Assembly: GCA_031370005.1 (NCBI GenBank)
Contig: JANMPT010000050.1
Span: forward strand, 14,829-78,828
Direction of reading: 5' to 3'
Length of the DNA: 64,000 bases
DNA from: Bdellovibrionales bacterium
GTDB lineage: Bacteria > Bdellovibrionota > Bdellovibrionia > Bdellovibrionales > Bdellovibrionaceae
Under the pieces are notes generated by a model, which saw only the letters and a program-made list of their open reading frames with translations, ran no database searches and was not told the origin of the DNA. Shown piece by piece: positions 52,708 through 63,029 of the stretch. Every line of letters starts with the position of its first letter. Positions within the stretch are counted from its first letter, which is position 1. A program made the position numbers and the translations under genes.

Positions 52708-53465
52708 AGAAAGTTTTTGTGATCGCGGTGACAACACTTCGAGAGATGATTCGCGAGAGGCTTTTCTTGATCGTGGTTTTTATAGCAATAGTGCTTTTCG
52801 GCATAAGTCTTTTACTTGGAGCACTGTCCTTTAGTGAACAACAGAGAATCTTGGCAAACTTAGGCTTCACCGCCATAGAGGTGGCCTCGGTAGGTATTTC
52901 TCTTTTTGCAGGAGCATTTTTGATTTCCAAAGAGATCGAAAGGCAGACTTTACTGTTGGTTTTGGCCCGACCTATTTCTCGCGATCAGTTTCTAATGGGA
53001 AAAGTCTCAGGGGTACTTGCCTTAAATACTTTGTTAATTTTATCTTTGGGAACTGTTTTATATATTCTGCTCGGGACCAGTCCCAGTTTCTTAAATTTTT
53101 TTACGATTTTACTTTCGATCTGGTTTGAAGCTGCCATAGCTCTTTCCCTTGTGATTTTTTTTAGTGTTATTGTGCGTCCAATTTTAGCTTTATTGATGGC
53201 CTTTGGACTTCTGATGCTCGGAGAGTGGATTCCTGATTTGCAGTTTTTCGCAGATAAGAGCAAGGATCAGTTTTTCATTAACGCGGTGAAGGGAGTCACT
53301 TGGGTGACACCGAATTTATTCCGCTTTAACTGGAAGTCATATTATTTTTTAGACTTGGGATTCGATAGACAAGATGTCGTGTGGATGATTGCTCACTCCT
53401 TTGGCTGGGCCCTGATCGTCTTCGTGTTTGCATGTCTTATTTTTAGGAGAAAAGATATTGTTTGA
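52704..53465 (+). CDS. ABC-2 permease, PilI-like
   Basis: Six hydrophobic segments, KEIERQT...RPISR, C-terminal FRRKD. Confidence 0.85.
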   Translation: MKKVFVIAVTTLREMIRERLFLIVVFIAIVLFGISLLLGALSFSEQQRILANLGFTAIEVASVGISLFAGAFLISKEIERQTLLLVLARPISRDQFLMGKVSGVLALNTLLILSLGTVLYILLGTSPSFLNFFTILLSIWFEAAIALSLVIFFSVIVRPILALLMAFGLLMLGEWIPDLQFFADKSKDQFFINAVKGVTWVTPNLFRFNWKSYYFLDLGFDRQDVVWMIAHSFGWALIVFVFACLIFRRKDIV

Positions 53466-54249
53466 GCTGAATGGTTTATTTTCTGTGTTTTTTTTCATAT
53501 TGGGAGCCTGCTTTGGTAGCTTTGCCAACGTTATAATTTATCGGTTGCCTAAGGGCGAAAGCATCGTGAGACCTCGTAGTCATTGCCAAAAATGTGGGAA
53601 GAGCGTTGCATGGTATGATAATATTCCGATGCTGTCTTGGCTGCTTTTGCGCGGAAAATGTCGTCACTGCGGAGCCGCTTTTTCATTCCGATATTTTTTT
53701 GTAGAATTTCTTACTGCGGCTTTATTTGCCCTGGCCTATTTTTATCTGGGTTTCAGTTGGAGTTTGCTAGAGGCTCTGATTTTTATTTTTTCATTGGTCT
53801 GCTGCACTTTTATTGATTTTGACCATATGATTTTACCTGATGAATTTACTTTGTCAGGTATCGTGATTGGGCTTCTTGGTGCATGGTTAAATCCTCAGCG
53901 CGAATTCCTAGATGCACTTTTGGGAGCCCTGATGGGCGGCGGCTTTTTGTGGGCAATGGCTTATCTTTATTATGTTTTCACCAAACAAGAAGGCATGGGC
54001 GGGGGTGACATTAAGCTTCTTGCTTGGATTGGAGCGGTCCTTGGTTGGAAGGCAGTTCCCTTCGTGATTATGGCCGCGGCTATAGTTGGCAGTGTGATCG
54101 GTTTAATTTTAGCTCGGGAGCAAAAGAAGGGCTTGAAAACCGTGATTCCCTTTGGTCCCTATCTAGCCCTTGGTGCAGTTCTTTATATGTTTGGCGGCCA
54201 GACCATAGCCTCATGGTACTTTAATCTGTTTCTACCAGCCTTTAGCTAG
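53458..54249 (+). CDS. pilD: prepilin peptidase/N-methyltransferase
   Basis: GSFANVIIYRLP, two CxxC, GMGGGDIKL, PFGPYL; AGGAG before TTG 53458. Confidence 0.95.
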   Translation: MFELNGLFSVFFFILGACFGSFANVIIYRLPKGESIVRPRSHCQKCGKSVAWYDNIPMLSWLLLRGKCRHCGAAFSFRYFFVEFLTAALFALAYFYLGFSWSLLEALIFIFSLVCCTFIDFDHMILPDEFTLSGIVIGLLGAWLNPQREFLDALLGALMGGGFLWAMAYLYYVFTKQEGMGGGDIKLLAWIGAVLGWKAVPFVIMAAAIVGSVIGLILAREQKKGLKTVIPFGPYLALGAVLYMFGGQTIASWYFNLFLPAFS

Positions 54250-54259
54250 ACCCACGAGT

Positions 54260-54288
54260 TTGACATTCGTGCTTCCAACAGAAATAAT
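54260..54288 (+). promoter_or_regulatory. sigma70 promoter of pilMNOPQ
   Basis: TTGACA-N17-AATAAT; inverted repeat GTCTAAA-N8-TTTAGAC just downstream (54307-54328). Confidence 0.65.
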
Positions 54289-54356
54289 TTTAGTTGTTGG
54301 ACCTGCGTCTAAATATTTGATTTTAGACCAGTGTCTGAAATGGTGGCTAAAAAAAC

Positions 54357-55415
54357 ATGTTTTTGAAATCGAAAAAAGTATTAGGACTCGACATTGGCAC
54401 GAGTTCCATCAAAATAGCTGAACTAGATGTCTCCCGAAAAGGAGCACAACTAATCTCTTTTGGGTTTGCTCCAACGCCACCAAACTCTGTGGCCGCCGGC
54501 GAAATTTCAGACATTTCTTCCGTAGGGATGGCTGTTCAAGGTCTTGTCGCGGAAATAGGTTCGAAGAGAAAAAACATCTCTACAGGAATGTGGGGAACCG
54601 CCGTAATCGTTAAGAAAATTACCATTCCAAAAATGGATAAAAAACTGATTCAGGATCAAATCCGTTTCGAGGCGGAGCAGTACATTCCCTTCGACATCAA
54701 TAATATCAGCCTAGCTCACCATGTTCTTGGTACGAGCTCATCCCATGACACTATTGATTTATTGCTGATTGCTGCTCAAAACGAATTGGTATTTCAGTAT
54801 ACTGCGGTGATTGAGTCCACCGGTCATAAATGCAGTGTTTTGGATGTGAGTGGTTTTGCCCTGGCCAATTGTTTTGAGGCTAATTACGGAAGGTTTTCCC
54901 GCGATGTTATCGGCATCCTTAACTTCGGCGCATCCATTGCAAACTTTGTGGTGATTCATAATGGGGATGTTGTTTTTTGTCGCGACATTCCTGTGGGTGG
55001 CCAAAATTATACAAATGAAATCCACAAGAGTATGGGTATATCTCCTCAAGAAGCCGAGGCCTTGAAGCTTAGCGCGGTTTCCCGTCGTGGTGAAGTCCCT
55101 GCAGATGTTTATAATATTATTACTTCAACCAATGAGGTAGTTACGGAAGAGGTTCGTAACAGTTTGGATTTCCTGAGTGCCACCACAAATGGTTTAACTT
55201 TAAGTCGCTGTTTTTATACTGGTGGCAGTTCGGTGACGACGGGGCTAATTGAAAATATTTCCCGTGTTACGGGAATTCCATTTGAACCTTTTAATCCCTT
55301 TGCAAAAATAAAAGCCAATCCCAAAAAGTTTTCAAAAGATTATTTAAATCAGATCAAACACTTTGCAGCTATCGCCACTGGACTGGGTATTCGTCAGTCG
55401 GGGGATAGTCAATGA
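54357..55415 (+). CDS. pilM: type IV pilus assembly protein PilM
   Basis: GLDIGTSSIK, EAEQYIPF, TGGSS; operon order. Confidence 0.95.
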   Translation: MFLKSKKVLGLDIGTSSIKIAELDVSRKGAQLISFGFAPTPPNSVAAGEISDISSVGMAVQGLVAEIGSKRKNISTGMWGTAVIVKKITIPKMDKKLIQDQIRFEAEQYIPFDINNISLAHHVLGTSSSHDTIDLLLIAAQNELVFQYTAVIESTGHKCSVLDVSGFALANCFEANYGRFSRDVIGILNFGASIANFVVIHNGDVVFCRDIPVGGQNYTNEIHKSMGISPQEAEALKLSAVSRRGEVPADVYNIITSTNEVVTEEVRNSLDFLSATTNGLTLSRCFYTGGSSVTTGLIENISRVTGIPFEPFNPFAKIKANPKKFSKDYLNQIKHFAAIATGLGIRQSGDSQ

Positions 55416-56023
55416 TTCGAATTAACCTTGCCTCAACGCGGACCATGGCGGCCGCCACGGGCGGCGCAGCGGCTATAAGTAATGCCGGCGAGGCCTCCAG
55501 CGAGCAGGCACGCAAGGATGCTCTGATAAAGCTGTTGATAATTTTATTGGCCCCAATAGCTTTATATTTCTACGAAAATCAAAATATTACAGCAATTCGC
55601 AGTGACTTGAGTCACAAGCAATCTGCGCTGGCGGCGCTACAATCGTTTAACGCCAAGGCCGAAAGTGCGGTTAAAGAGATTAAAAAATTTAAAGAAGACG
55701 AGAAGAAAATCCAGGCTCGTATTACAGTTTTGGAGAAGCTTGCTAAAGATCGTTTTCGTGAAGTAAAAGTTCTTGACCTTTTTCAGCAAGCAATTCCAGA
55801 GAAAGCTTGGCTCACTCAAGTAACCATCAAAGAAGGCAAGGTGCTTCTCGCCGGTTATTCATTGAGCGATGTCGATATTTCTACTTTCATGGACTCTCTT
55901 TCTAAAAGTGTTTTTTTGCAGGAAGTGGTTTTGGTTAGTTCCAGTGAGTTCATTCAAGATGGCAATACCCTGAGGAAGTTTGAAATTAGTTGTATCCTCG
56001 AAAAAGCAGGGGGGCGGCCTTGA
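55412..56023 (+). CDS. pilN: PilN
   Basis: MIRINL, TM, coiled coil, IPEKAWL. Confidence 0.92.
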   Translation: MIRINLASTRTMAAATGGAAAISNAGEASSEQARKDALIKLLIILLAPIALYFYENQNITAIRSDLSHKQSALAALQSFNAKAESAVKEIKKFKEDEKKIQARITVLEKLAKDRFREVKVLDLFQQAIPEKAWLTQVTIKEGKVLLAGYSLSDVDISTFMDSLSKSVFLQEVVLVSSSEFIQDGNTLRKFEISCILEKAGGRP

Positions 56024-56619
56024 ATCAGCTAATTGAAAAGCTCACTTCAATGACAAATGGACGGGCTATTATTATTGGCTTGATGATAGGTGCTGCTTAC
56101 TACTTTATGATGTACGATGATGGTTCAGCACTCACTCATCAGGTTACTGTCGTCAGTGGCCAGTTGAAAGAGGCTGAAACAAAAAAGAAAGATACAGAAG
56201 TGACATTGCGCGAAGAGGCCGGAATGAAAGAGTCTGTCGGAAAGCTCAGCGAGCAATATGCACTTATTGCGAAGAAGTTACCCTCAGATTTGAAATCCTC
56301 TGAAATGATTCGCGGTATTGACTCAGTAGCAAAGATGGCCGGAGTGAGTATAAAAATGAAGAAACCGGGCAGTGTGAGCAAAAATGAAGTGGTTGAGGAG
56401 TTGCCCGTAAATGTTATACTTGAAGGAAAATACTCTCAAATTACATCATTTATATATTATACATCGAATTTAGAACGTCTAACGAGGGTCCTGAACTTTT
56501 CAATAACGGCCCCGGATGATGCGAAAAACAAACCCCTGCGCTTTGAAGGACAAGTAGTAAGCTATAAACTCACACCAGAGCCTGAAAAATCGGATAAACC
56601 TACGGAGCCGTCGAAGTGA
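56020..56619 (+). CDS. pilO: PilO
   Basis: TM, coiled coil, KKLP, ELPV...GKY; TTG overlaps the pilN stop. Confidence 0.9.
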   Translation: MNQLIEKLTSMTNGRAIIIGLMIGAAYYFMMYDDGSALTHQVTVVSGQLKEAETKKKDTEVTLREEAGMKESVGKLSEQYALIAKKLPSDLKSSEMIRGIDSVAKMAGVSIKMKKPGSVSKNEVVEELPVNVILEGKYSQITSFIYYTSNLERLTRVLNFSITAPDDAKNKPLRFEGQVVSYKLTPEPEKSDKPTEPSK

Positions 56620-57320
56620 AATCAACACGTTGGGTGATTACATATGTTGTGATGGCCTCGGTGGGGTTGTGGGTGGCCTTTTTTATGAGTTTACAGTTTT
56701 TAACTCCGAGTCGTGCCCAGACTGCTGGCGCTAACCAAGCACAGAAAATGGCACAACCAGCGTCCGGGGATTTGCCACCAGAATTTTTACAAGATACTCA
56801 AGAGACAGCGCCGGCAAATGGCAATGATGGAAGAATTCCCCCTCCTCCGACCCAGCCACCAGTGACCCCGGCGCAGCCAACACCGCCTGTGCCGCCAGCT
56901 CCAGGAGGAGACCCTTCGCAGTTGCAGGGTAATGCAACGGGCGCTGTGGCGCCACAGTTTGCTTCAGATGATCAGTATACTTATGATCCAACGGGGCACC
57001 GGGATCCGTTTGTTCCTTATCGGACTTATCGTCCAGCAAAAGCTGGGCAGCAGGCAAAAGTGGTTGATTTATCGGACCCTTTGCAAGCATGGGATTTAGA
57101 TCGCTTCACAGTTGTTGCTGTAATGTGGGGGGTCCGTTCGCCGAAGGCGATGGTTAAAGATCCTGATGGAAAAATGTATATGATTGGTAAAAATACGAAG
57201 ATTGGTCGGAACAATGGTCAGGTCGTTGCCATCCGAGAGGGTGAGGTCGTCGTGGTTGAAACAATTGAGAACGACGGCGTTCAAACGAAAGAAGTACGGA
57301 TTCTCGAACTTAAGAAGTAA
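56616..57320 (+). CDS. pilP: PilP
   Basis: YDPTGHRDPF, PLQAWDLD, IGRNNGQV. Confidence 0.92.
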   Translation: MKSTRWVITYVVMASVGLWVAFFMSLQFLTPSRAQTAGANQAQKMAQPASGDLPPEFLQDTQETAPANGNDGRIPPPPTQPPVTPAQPTPPVPPAPGGDPSQLQGNATGAVAPQFASDDQYTYDPTGHRDPFVPYRTYRPAKAGQQAKVVDLSDPLQAWDLDRFTVVAVMWGVRSPKAMVKDPDGKMYMIGKNTKIGRNNGQVVAIREGEVVVVETIENDGVQTKEVRILELKK

Positions 57321-57346
57321 GTTCGACACAAAATCAGGGGGACCTA

Positions 57347-59539
57347 GTGAACGGATTCATTAGACTGATAATTATAGGGGCGTTGGTTTCTTCTCTACTT
57401 AGCTGTGCCACACAGCAAACAGAAGAGGCGGATTCACTCACGACCGAGTCTTATTCAAATAAGGATTCGGCGGATTCTGGGACATCTCAGGACAACTTTT
57501 CGGATTTCGATAATGCCGACAGTAGTACGAGCCAAAGCACAGCTCAGGAGTCCTCAGGTAAGGATCCGGAGCTTGCCCTGGAAGATGAGATGGACCAAGC
57601 CAGTGGTGCTTCTGACAAGCCAGCGGCAACAAATGACTTGGACAATCAGGCCAAAAATGAACTACAGCCCGAAGCCCCAGCAGAACAGGCACCTTTCCCT
57701 GAGGAACCTGTTGTAGATGAAAAGCCAGTTGCACAAGAGCCGCCACCACCACCTCCGAGTATAGATGAGTCAGTAGCTCCAGAACAACCTGTGGCGGCAG
57801 AAGCGCCTCGAGTGTCTGAGGAGGTAGCAAGTGAAAAGCCTGTTGAAATCACTGATCTTAAATATAAAGCGAATGATAGTGGTGGTACCGTGATTGTTGA
57901 GGCGAATGGAGTTGTAAACTATACGACCCGTGTAAATCACGATCTCAAGCAATATATCGTCGAGATTCCAAATACAATCTTACCTAGGAAGCTTAAAAGA
58001 ACATTGAATACCAAAGATATTAAAGGTGCTGTGGGCGCGGTGGATGCATATCAAAGTCCCGGCTCAAAAACCTCTCGTATTGTAGTGCAAATGCGAGAGG
58101 GCTTTGCGGAGCCCGTGGTCCAACAGGAAGGCAACACACTTCTTATTGTAACCTCCCCAAGCGCAGCTGGCGAGGGCAATGAGGTTGCTTCTCAAACATC
58201 AAACAAGGGTGAATCCGAGGTCAATGTTGACTTGAACAGTAACAAGATTCTTGCAAGTCAGTCTTTAGAGGACTTTCTCTCTGGAAATACTAAATTTTAT
58301 GGTCGCAAAATTTCCATTGAAGTAGGCAATATCGATGTTCGCGATGCACTCAGATTTATTACCGAAGAGAGTGGCGTCAACATGGTAATAACTGATGAAG
58401 TGAAGGGGAATATCAGCCTGAAACTTCGCGAAGTGCCTTGGGACCAAGCTCTTGTGGTGATCATGAAGGCTCGACGGTTGGGTTACAGTCGTCAGGGAAA
58501 TGTTCTACGTATCGTTCCCTTGGAAGAGTTAAGAAAAGAGGAGGACGAGGCTACAAAACTGGCATTAGCACGCAAAGTCATAGAACCTTTGAAGGTTCGT
58601 GCCTTTAATATTTCCTACGCCAAAGTGGACGAGTTAGATAAAAAAATCAAAGACTTCCTTACAGAAAGAGGCAAAGTCGTCGGCGATGTGCGGACAAGCA
58701 CGATCGTTGTAACGGATGTGGAAGAGAGCTTAAATCGCATCATGAAGCTAATTCAAGGCTTGGATTCTGCACCACCACAAGTATTGATTGAGGGTAAGAT
58801 CGTTGAGGCCTTGGATAGTTTTCAAAGAACTGTCGGCGTTCAGTGGGGGCTCAGTGGCGCAGATATTCAAATTGGTAATGGAGCAAAGGGCCCAATCAAC
58901 CTCCATCCCAATCTTGGAGTGGGGCAGGCGACAGCCACCCCTGGCGGTTTGGGTTTTGGTTTAAGCGTGGGAACCCTGGATATTTTTGGAGATTTAACAG
59001 CAAGTCTGGCTCTTTTTGAGAAAGAAGAAAAAGTAAAAGTCCTCTCCTCTCCTCGTATAGTGACACTTTCCAACGAAAAGGCGGATATTAGCCAAACCAA
59101 TGAGCTTCCTGTAAAAACCCTGACCCCTCAGCCAAATGGCCCGCCACTTATTGCGTATCAATTTAAGCCACTGACACTCAAGTTAGAAGTTACTCCTCAG
59201 GTTACAGGCGATGGTACAGTTATAATGAAAGTGTCGGTTACTCGCCAGATTAAAGGGGCCGCTGTGAGCACTACGGATGATACTTTTTCGGTAAACAGTC
59301 GTGAGGCCAATACTCGTGTAATTGTAAAGAATGGACAAACTGCGGTTATTGGGGGTATTTATCGTTCAGATGTAACTGAGGGCATTACCGGCGTCCCATG
59401 GTTGAAAGATATTCCAGTATTGGGATATTTATTTAAAGGAACGAGTACTGATAGGCAGCGTTCAGAACTGCTTATTTTCCTGACCCCGAGAATCTTAGCC
59501 CAGGCCGAGGGGCCTGGGGTCCACAGTGAAGGAGAGTGA
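57347..59539 (+). CDS. pilQ: type IV pilus secretin PilQ (lipoprotein signal, acidic N-terminus)
   Basis: LLSC lipobox, AMIN-like domain, VPWDQAL, QVLIEGKIVE, GVPWLKDIPVLGYLF, ELLIFLTPRI. Confidence 0.96.
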   Translation: MNGFIRLIIIGALVSSLLSCATQQTEEADSLTTESYSNKDSADSGTSQDNFSDFDNADSSTSQSTAQESSGKDPELALEDEMDQASGASDKPAATNDLDNQAKNELQPEAPAEQAPFPEEPVVDEKPVAQEPPPPPPSIDESVAPEQPVAAEAPRVSEEVASEKPVEITDLKYKANDSGGTVIVEANGVVNYTTRVNHDLKQYIVEIPNTILPRKLKRTLNTKDIKGAVGAVDAYQSPGSKTSRIVVQMREGFAEPVVQQEGNTLLIVTSPSAAGEGNEVASQTSNKGESEVNVDLNSNKILASQSLEDFLSGNTKFYGRKISIEVGNIDVRDALRFITEESGVNMVITDEVKGNISLKLREVPWDQALVVIMKARRLGYSRQGNVLRIVPLEELRKEEDEATKLALARKVIEPLKVRAFNISYAKVDELDKKIKDFLTERGKVVGDVRTSTIVVTDVEESLNRIMKLIQGLDSAPPQVLIEGKIVEALDSFQRTVGVQWGLSGADIQIGNGAKGPINLHPNLGVGQATATPGGLGFGLSVGTLDIFGDLTASLALFEKEEKVKVLSSPRIVTLSNEKADISQTNELPVKTLTPQPNGPPLIAYQFKPLTLKLEVTPQVTGDGTVIMKVSVTRQIKGAAVSTTDDTFSVNSREANTRVIVKNGQTAVIGGIYRSDVTEGITGVPWLKDIPVLGYLFKGTSTDRQRSELLIFLTPRILAQAEGPGVHSEGE

Positions 59540-59543
59540 ACTT

Positions 59544-60122
59544 ATGAAAGGGCTACAAATATTACTTAGTGGTTTTTTTATGCTCACACCTCTTAGCTGT
59601 GGAAAAAAGAAAGACAGTGATCTCGGGATTCAAATGAGCGGAAGTAATACGTATTTGATTGATGCCAAGTCACAAAGCTGTACCAACAGAGTTGCGGCCT
59701 TTACAAACCCCATTTCAGTGTCTCCGGCTTCCGATGTCCCGGCACTATACTACACACTCCAAGGAGCTACGCTTACTTGGAAAAACGCAACGGATGTGGC
59801 CTATATTATTAAAATGGAAATCGAATTTAAAAGTGTCGATTTAACCCATACCTGCACAATTTCGGGCAATGAGCTACTTAGTGTTTTTTATGACTTTACG
59901 ACGCCTAAAGCTTGGGACGGAACTTTGCCTGCTGCGACAAGCTCCAGCCCTTTGACAGTGCTTACGTCACAATGCCCGATCCGTTGCGGTTCAATCACGG
60001 TGGCTGATAAAGCAAAATCTTTTACGGCCACCGGCATCCTAACATTAGTGGGTTTCCAAAGATCTCCGACTGGGGAGGAGAAGCCAATTAGTGTCCAAAC
60101 AGACGTAAAACTTAGCTATTAA
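59544..60122 (+). CDS. hypothetical beta-rich lipoprotein directly after pilQ
   Basis: GGAG RBS, lipobox PLSC, Thr/Ser-rich, four further Cys. Confidence 0.7.
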   Translation: MKGLQILLSGFFMLTPLSCGKKKDSDLGIQMSGSNTYLIDAKSQSCTNRVAAFTNPISVSPASDVPALYYTLQGATLTWKNATDVAYIIKMEIEFKSVDLTHTCTISGNELLSVFYDFTTPKAWDGTLPAATSSSPLTVLTSQCPIRCGSITVADKAKSFTATGILTLVGFQRSPTGEEKPISVQTDVKLSY

Positions 60123-60164
60123 TAGATTTGCCAAGCGCAATGTCCTAGATTAATCCTATCTTCC

Positions 60165-61493
60165 ATGGATCTTTTTTCGGCTTTGCAGTCGCCAGCGTCA
60201 GCTCCCTTATCGGAGGTTCTTCGCCCGAAGAACCTCGATGAAATTATTGGCCAGGAAAAGACCGTGGGCCCTCGCTCTAAGCTCGGTCAGATGCTGCGTA
60301 AAGGAATAGTTCCCAGTCTTATTGTTTGGGGCCCTCCAGGAACAGGCAAAACCACTTTTGCTCTGGCTTTGTCCCAGCACATTCAAGCTCACTTTGTAAA
60401 TCTAAATGCTGTTGATTCCGGGGCCAAGGCTCTTCGTGAAGTTGGCGAGGCCGCGCGCGATCGTCGCTTGCAGTTCAATCAAAAGACGGTGCTTTTTGTT
60501 GACGAGATTCATCGTTTTAATAAGGGTCAACAAGACGTTCTACTTCCCTTTGTTGAAAAAGGCGATCTAATCCTAATAGGAGCGACGACAGAAAATCCAA
60601 GCTATGAACTTAATAGAGCCTTGCTTAGTCGCAGTCGGGTAGTGGTCTTCGAGAGACTCACCACCGAACAATTGCAAAACATACTCGATAAAGTATGCCG
60701 TTTCTATATATCTTCGATTGACCAAATATTGAGACCAGACGCCCATCGAAATCTGCTAGAGCTTTCTGACGGAGATGCCCGGCGCTTGATTAACTCTCTT
60801 GAAATCATTTTTGATTACTATCGTTTTGAAAAAGGTCCGGATGCAAATATTGAGCAGCCGAGTTTCCCTTTAGATTTAGGGTCCCTCCGCGAACTTTTGC
60901 AGATGAGTCCCTTGGGGTATGATAAGTCATCAGAAATGCATTATGATGTTATTTCGGCATTTATTAAAAGCATCCGCGGAAGTGATCCTAACGCTGCAAT
61001 TTACTATATGGCCCGTATGCTTGAAGGTGGTGAAGACCCTGTATTCATCGCTCGGCGCTTAATTATCCTGGCTTCCGAGGATGTTGGAAATGCAGACCCC
61101 CGGGCCTTATCTCTGGCCGTCGCTGGGCTCCAGGCAGTGGAGGCCATAGGACTTCCAGAGGCGGCAATTACACTTTCCCAGGTCACAACATACTTAGCGT
61201 CCTGTCCAAAGTCGAATCGCTCTTATATGGCATTAAACCAAGCCAAAGAATGCGTTAAAGAGACGATGACTTTACCGATTCCTTTGCGTCTACGTTCTTC
61301 CAAGACCAGTGTTTCTAAAGAGCTTGGCTACGGTCAGGACTATAAGTACCCACATAGTTTTGAAAATGCTTGGGTGGAGCAAAGTTATATGCCGGAGGGC
61401 CTCGAAAACAGAGTTTTCTATGAGCCTTCTGGCCGAGGTTTTGAGAAAACTCTTAAGGAATATCTTCAGTGGCTTAGAAAGCCAAAGGACTAG
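60165..61493 (+). CDS. rarA: replication-associated recombination protein RarA/MgsA
   Basis: WGPPGTGKTT, DEIHRFNKGQQD, ATTENP, ISAFIKSIRGSD, ASEDVGNAD. Confidence 0.96.
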   Translation: MDLFSALQSPASAPLSEVLRPKNLDEIIGQEKTVGPRSKLGQMLRKGIVPSLIVWGPPGTGKTTFALALSQHIQAHFVNLNAVDSGAKALREVGEAARDRRLQFNQKTVLFVDEIHRFNKGQQDVLLPFVEKGDLILIGATTENPSYELNRALLSRSRVVVFERLTTEQLQNILDKVCRFYISSIDQILRPDAHRNLLELSDGDARRLINSLEIIFDYYRFEKGPDANIEQPSFPLDLGSLRELLQMSPLGYDKSSEMHYDVISAFIKSIRGSDPNAAIYYMARMLEGGEDPVFIARRLIILASEDVGNADPRALSLAVAGLQAVEAIGLPEAAITLSQVTTYLASCPKSNRSYMALNQAKECVKETMTLPIPLRLRSSKTSVSKELGYGQDYKYPHSFENAWVEQSYMPEGLENRVFYEPSGRGFEKTLKEYLQWLRKPKD

Positions 61494-61499
61494 TACTCT

Positions 61500-61805
61500 T
61501 TAAATCGTCCGCTGAGCACAGACACATATGCAAACCTCAGACCCCTGAGCAGTGTGTGAATGCTTCGTATTTGCCGGAACTTCCACGCGATCTCCAGAGC
61601 GTAAGAGAAACTGATTACCAGAGATGTTGAAAAGCAATTCACCTTGAATAATCACGCGCACTTCGCAAAATGGATGTCGATGCTCGTGAACCTTCGTTTG
61701 AGGATCATAAGTTTCCTCATAAGGCTCGAGCCCTTCTGACTCTAAAATCATGTATACTTGAGTTTTATTAGGCGTAAGAGGCGCCTGCCAGCGTGTGATT
61801 AGCAT
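61500..61805 (-). CDS. cupin-domain protein
   Basis: HRHPFCE...G...GDRVEVPANTKH; GGAG RBS. Confidence 0.85.
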   Translation of the reverse strand: MLITRWQAPLTPNKTQVYMILESEGLEPYEETYDPQTKVHEHRHPFCEVRVIIQGELLFNISGNQFLLRSGDRVEVPANTKHSHTAQGSEVCICVCAQRTI

Positions 61806-61927
61806 ACTTTCTCCAAATGATCTTAATGTATCTCAAAAATAGACGTTTTCAACAAGGCTCCCTGCGTTCAGCTTTGAGACACCTGACCCGATACAAGGCC
61901 GGATTAATTAAAAATATTAGAAAAATA

Positions 61928-61955
61928 TAAAGTACCACAAAACAATCGACGATAG
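61928..61955 (+). promoter_or_regulatory. putative sigma28 promoter
   Basis: TAAAG-N15-GACGATAG. Confidence 0.5.
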
Positions 61956-61994
61956 GAGAGTATCAGCATTAGAGCGCTATTCCAGGAGGGTTCG

Positions 61995-62513
61995 TTGAGT
62001 AGCTCCAATAAACATAAAGTAACCACCACTGATTTAGACAGTATTTTGAACTACATCGACTCGTCACGGGGCTTGCAAGCAAAAGTTGGTGAGAGTGGAA
62101 AAATACAAGTCTTTCAAGAGCTCGATGGTAAGATTTTTAACTTCACATCACAGGATATTTTTGAAATTCTTCACCGTACAGATGCAGATGGAAAGCCATT
62201 TATTCAACTAAATCTAAATGGCGGCCATAAGGTTCTGCTCACTGATACGTTAATTGGCTTTAAGCCTATTGAAACCTTCGGCCTGGATATTTCACGCATC
62301 CCTAAGGTTGTAACAACTCCAGATTTACTTAGTGTTTTTGAAGCTATTGAGGAATCCTTGGGGGCCGAGTCGGGAGCCGATAGTGAGGTCGAAATCCTCA
62401 AAAAAGTTTATCTCTCGATCCTGGGCGGCGGTGAGCGGGTGGGTTTTGACCTGACTTTTGAAAGAAAGTGGCTCAATCGGCTTATTGCATCAAAGTCAAA
62501 GGCCAGCGCCTAA
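61995..62513 (+). CDS. hypothetical protein
   Basis: AGGAGG RBS, TTG start, 172 aa, followed by a terminator. Confidence 0.75.
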   Translation: MSSSNKHKVTTTDLDSILNYIDSSRGLQAKVGESGKIQVFQELDGKIFNFTSQDIFEILHRTDADGKPFIQLNLNGGHKVLLTDTLIGFKPIETFGLDISRIPKVVTTPDLLSVFEAIEESLGAESGADSEVEILKKVYLSILGGGERVGFDLTFERKWLNRLIASKSKASA

Positions 62514-62545
62514 CTAGCAGTTATATCTAAATATTCCAGTATCTT

Positions 62546-62587
62546 AACTAAAAACATCTACGGAAGCTTCCATAGATGTTTTTAGTT
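62546..62587. terminator. bidirectional hairpin terminator
   Basis: 15-bp perfect inverted repeat AACTAAAAACATCTA/TAGATGTTTTTAGTT around cGGAAGCTTCCa. Confidence 0.75.
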
Positions 62588-62677
62588 TCTATTTTAAACC
62601 AACTCAATACCCAATTTATTTTGTAAATTGCTGTTGACCTTTGATTCCGTTTAGTAGAGATTCGTCGAACTTTGAAC

Positions 62678-62753
<76 letters not shown>

Positions 62754-62823
62754 AGCAGTTTAAAGTTAAAATTAGTATTGTTTTGAAATTAATAAATTAA
62801 TTCGAAATAAAACTAAAAAAATG

Positions 62824-62908
62824 TTGACGGACAGAGGCTAAGCGAATAAAACATTACCTCTCGCAACGATAAAGAATAATTTGCCAAGTGATTTTCGCTC
62901 TTTGAAAA
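62824..62908 (+). promoter_or_regulatory. putative rrn promoter and boxA antiterminator
   Basis: A-rich UP tract, TTGACG-N17-TAAAAC, then GCTCTTTGAAAA (62897-62908). Confidence 0.6.
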
Positions 62909-63029
62909 CTAAATAGCTAGATAGAAAAATTTTTGGGCTCTTTGAGCAAGTAGTAATATTTGCTCACAATTTCAAAATATTCGAACAAACAATAGCGTAA
63001 GCTAGCTGTTTGATTCAGAAACAGAATTA

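Noticed and set aside
31600..57830. Pro/Ala/Gly-rich low-complexity stretches in gltG, pilP and pilQ
   Set aside because: Ordinary protein linkers, not DNA tandem repeats.
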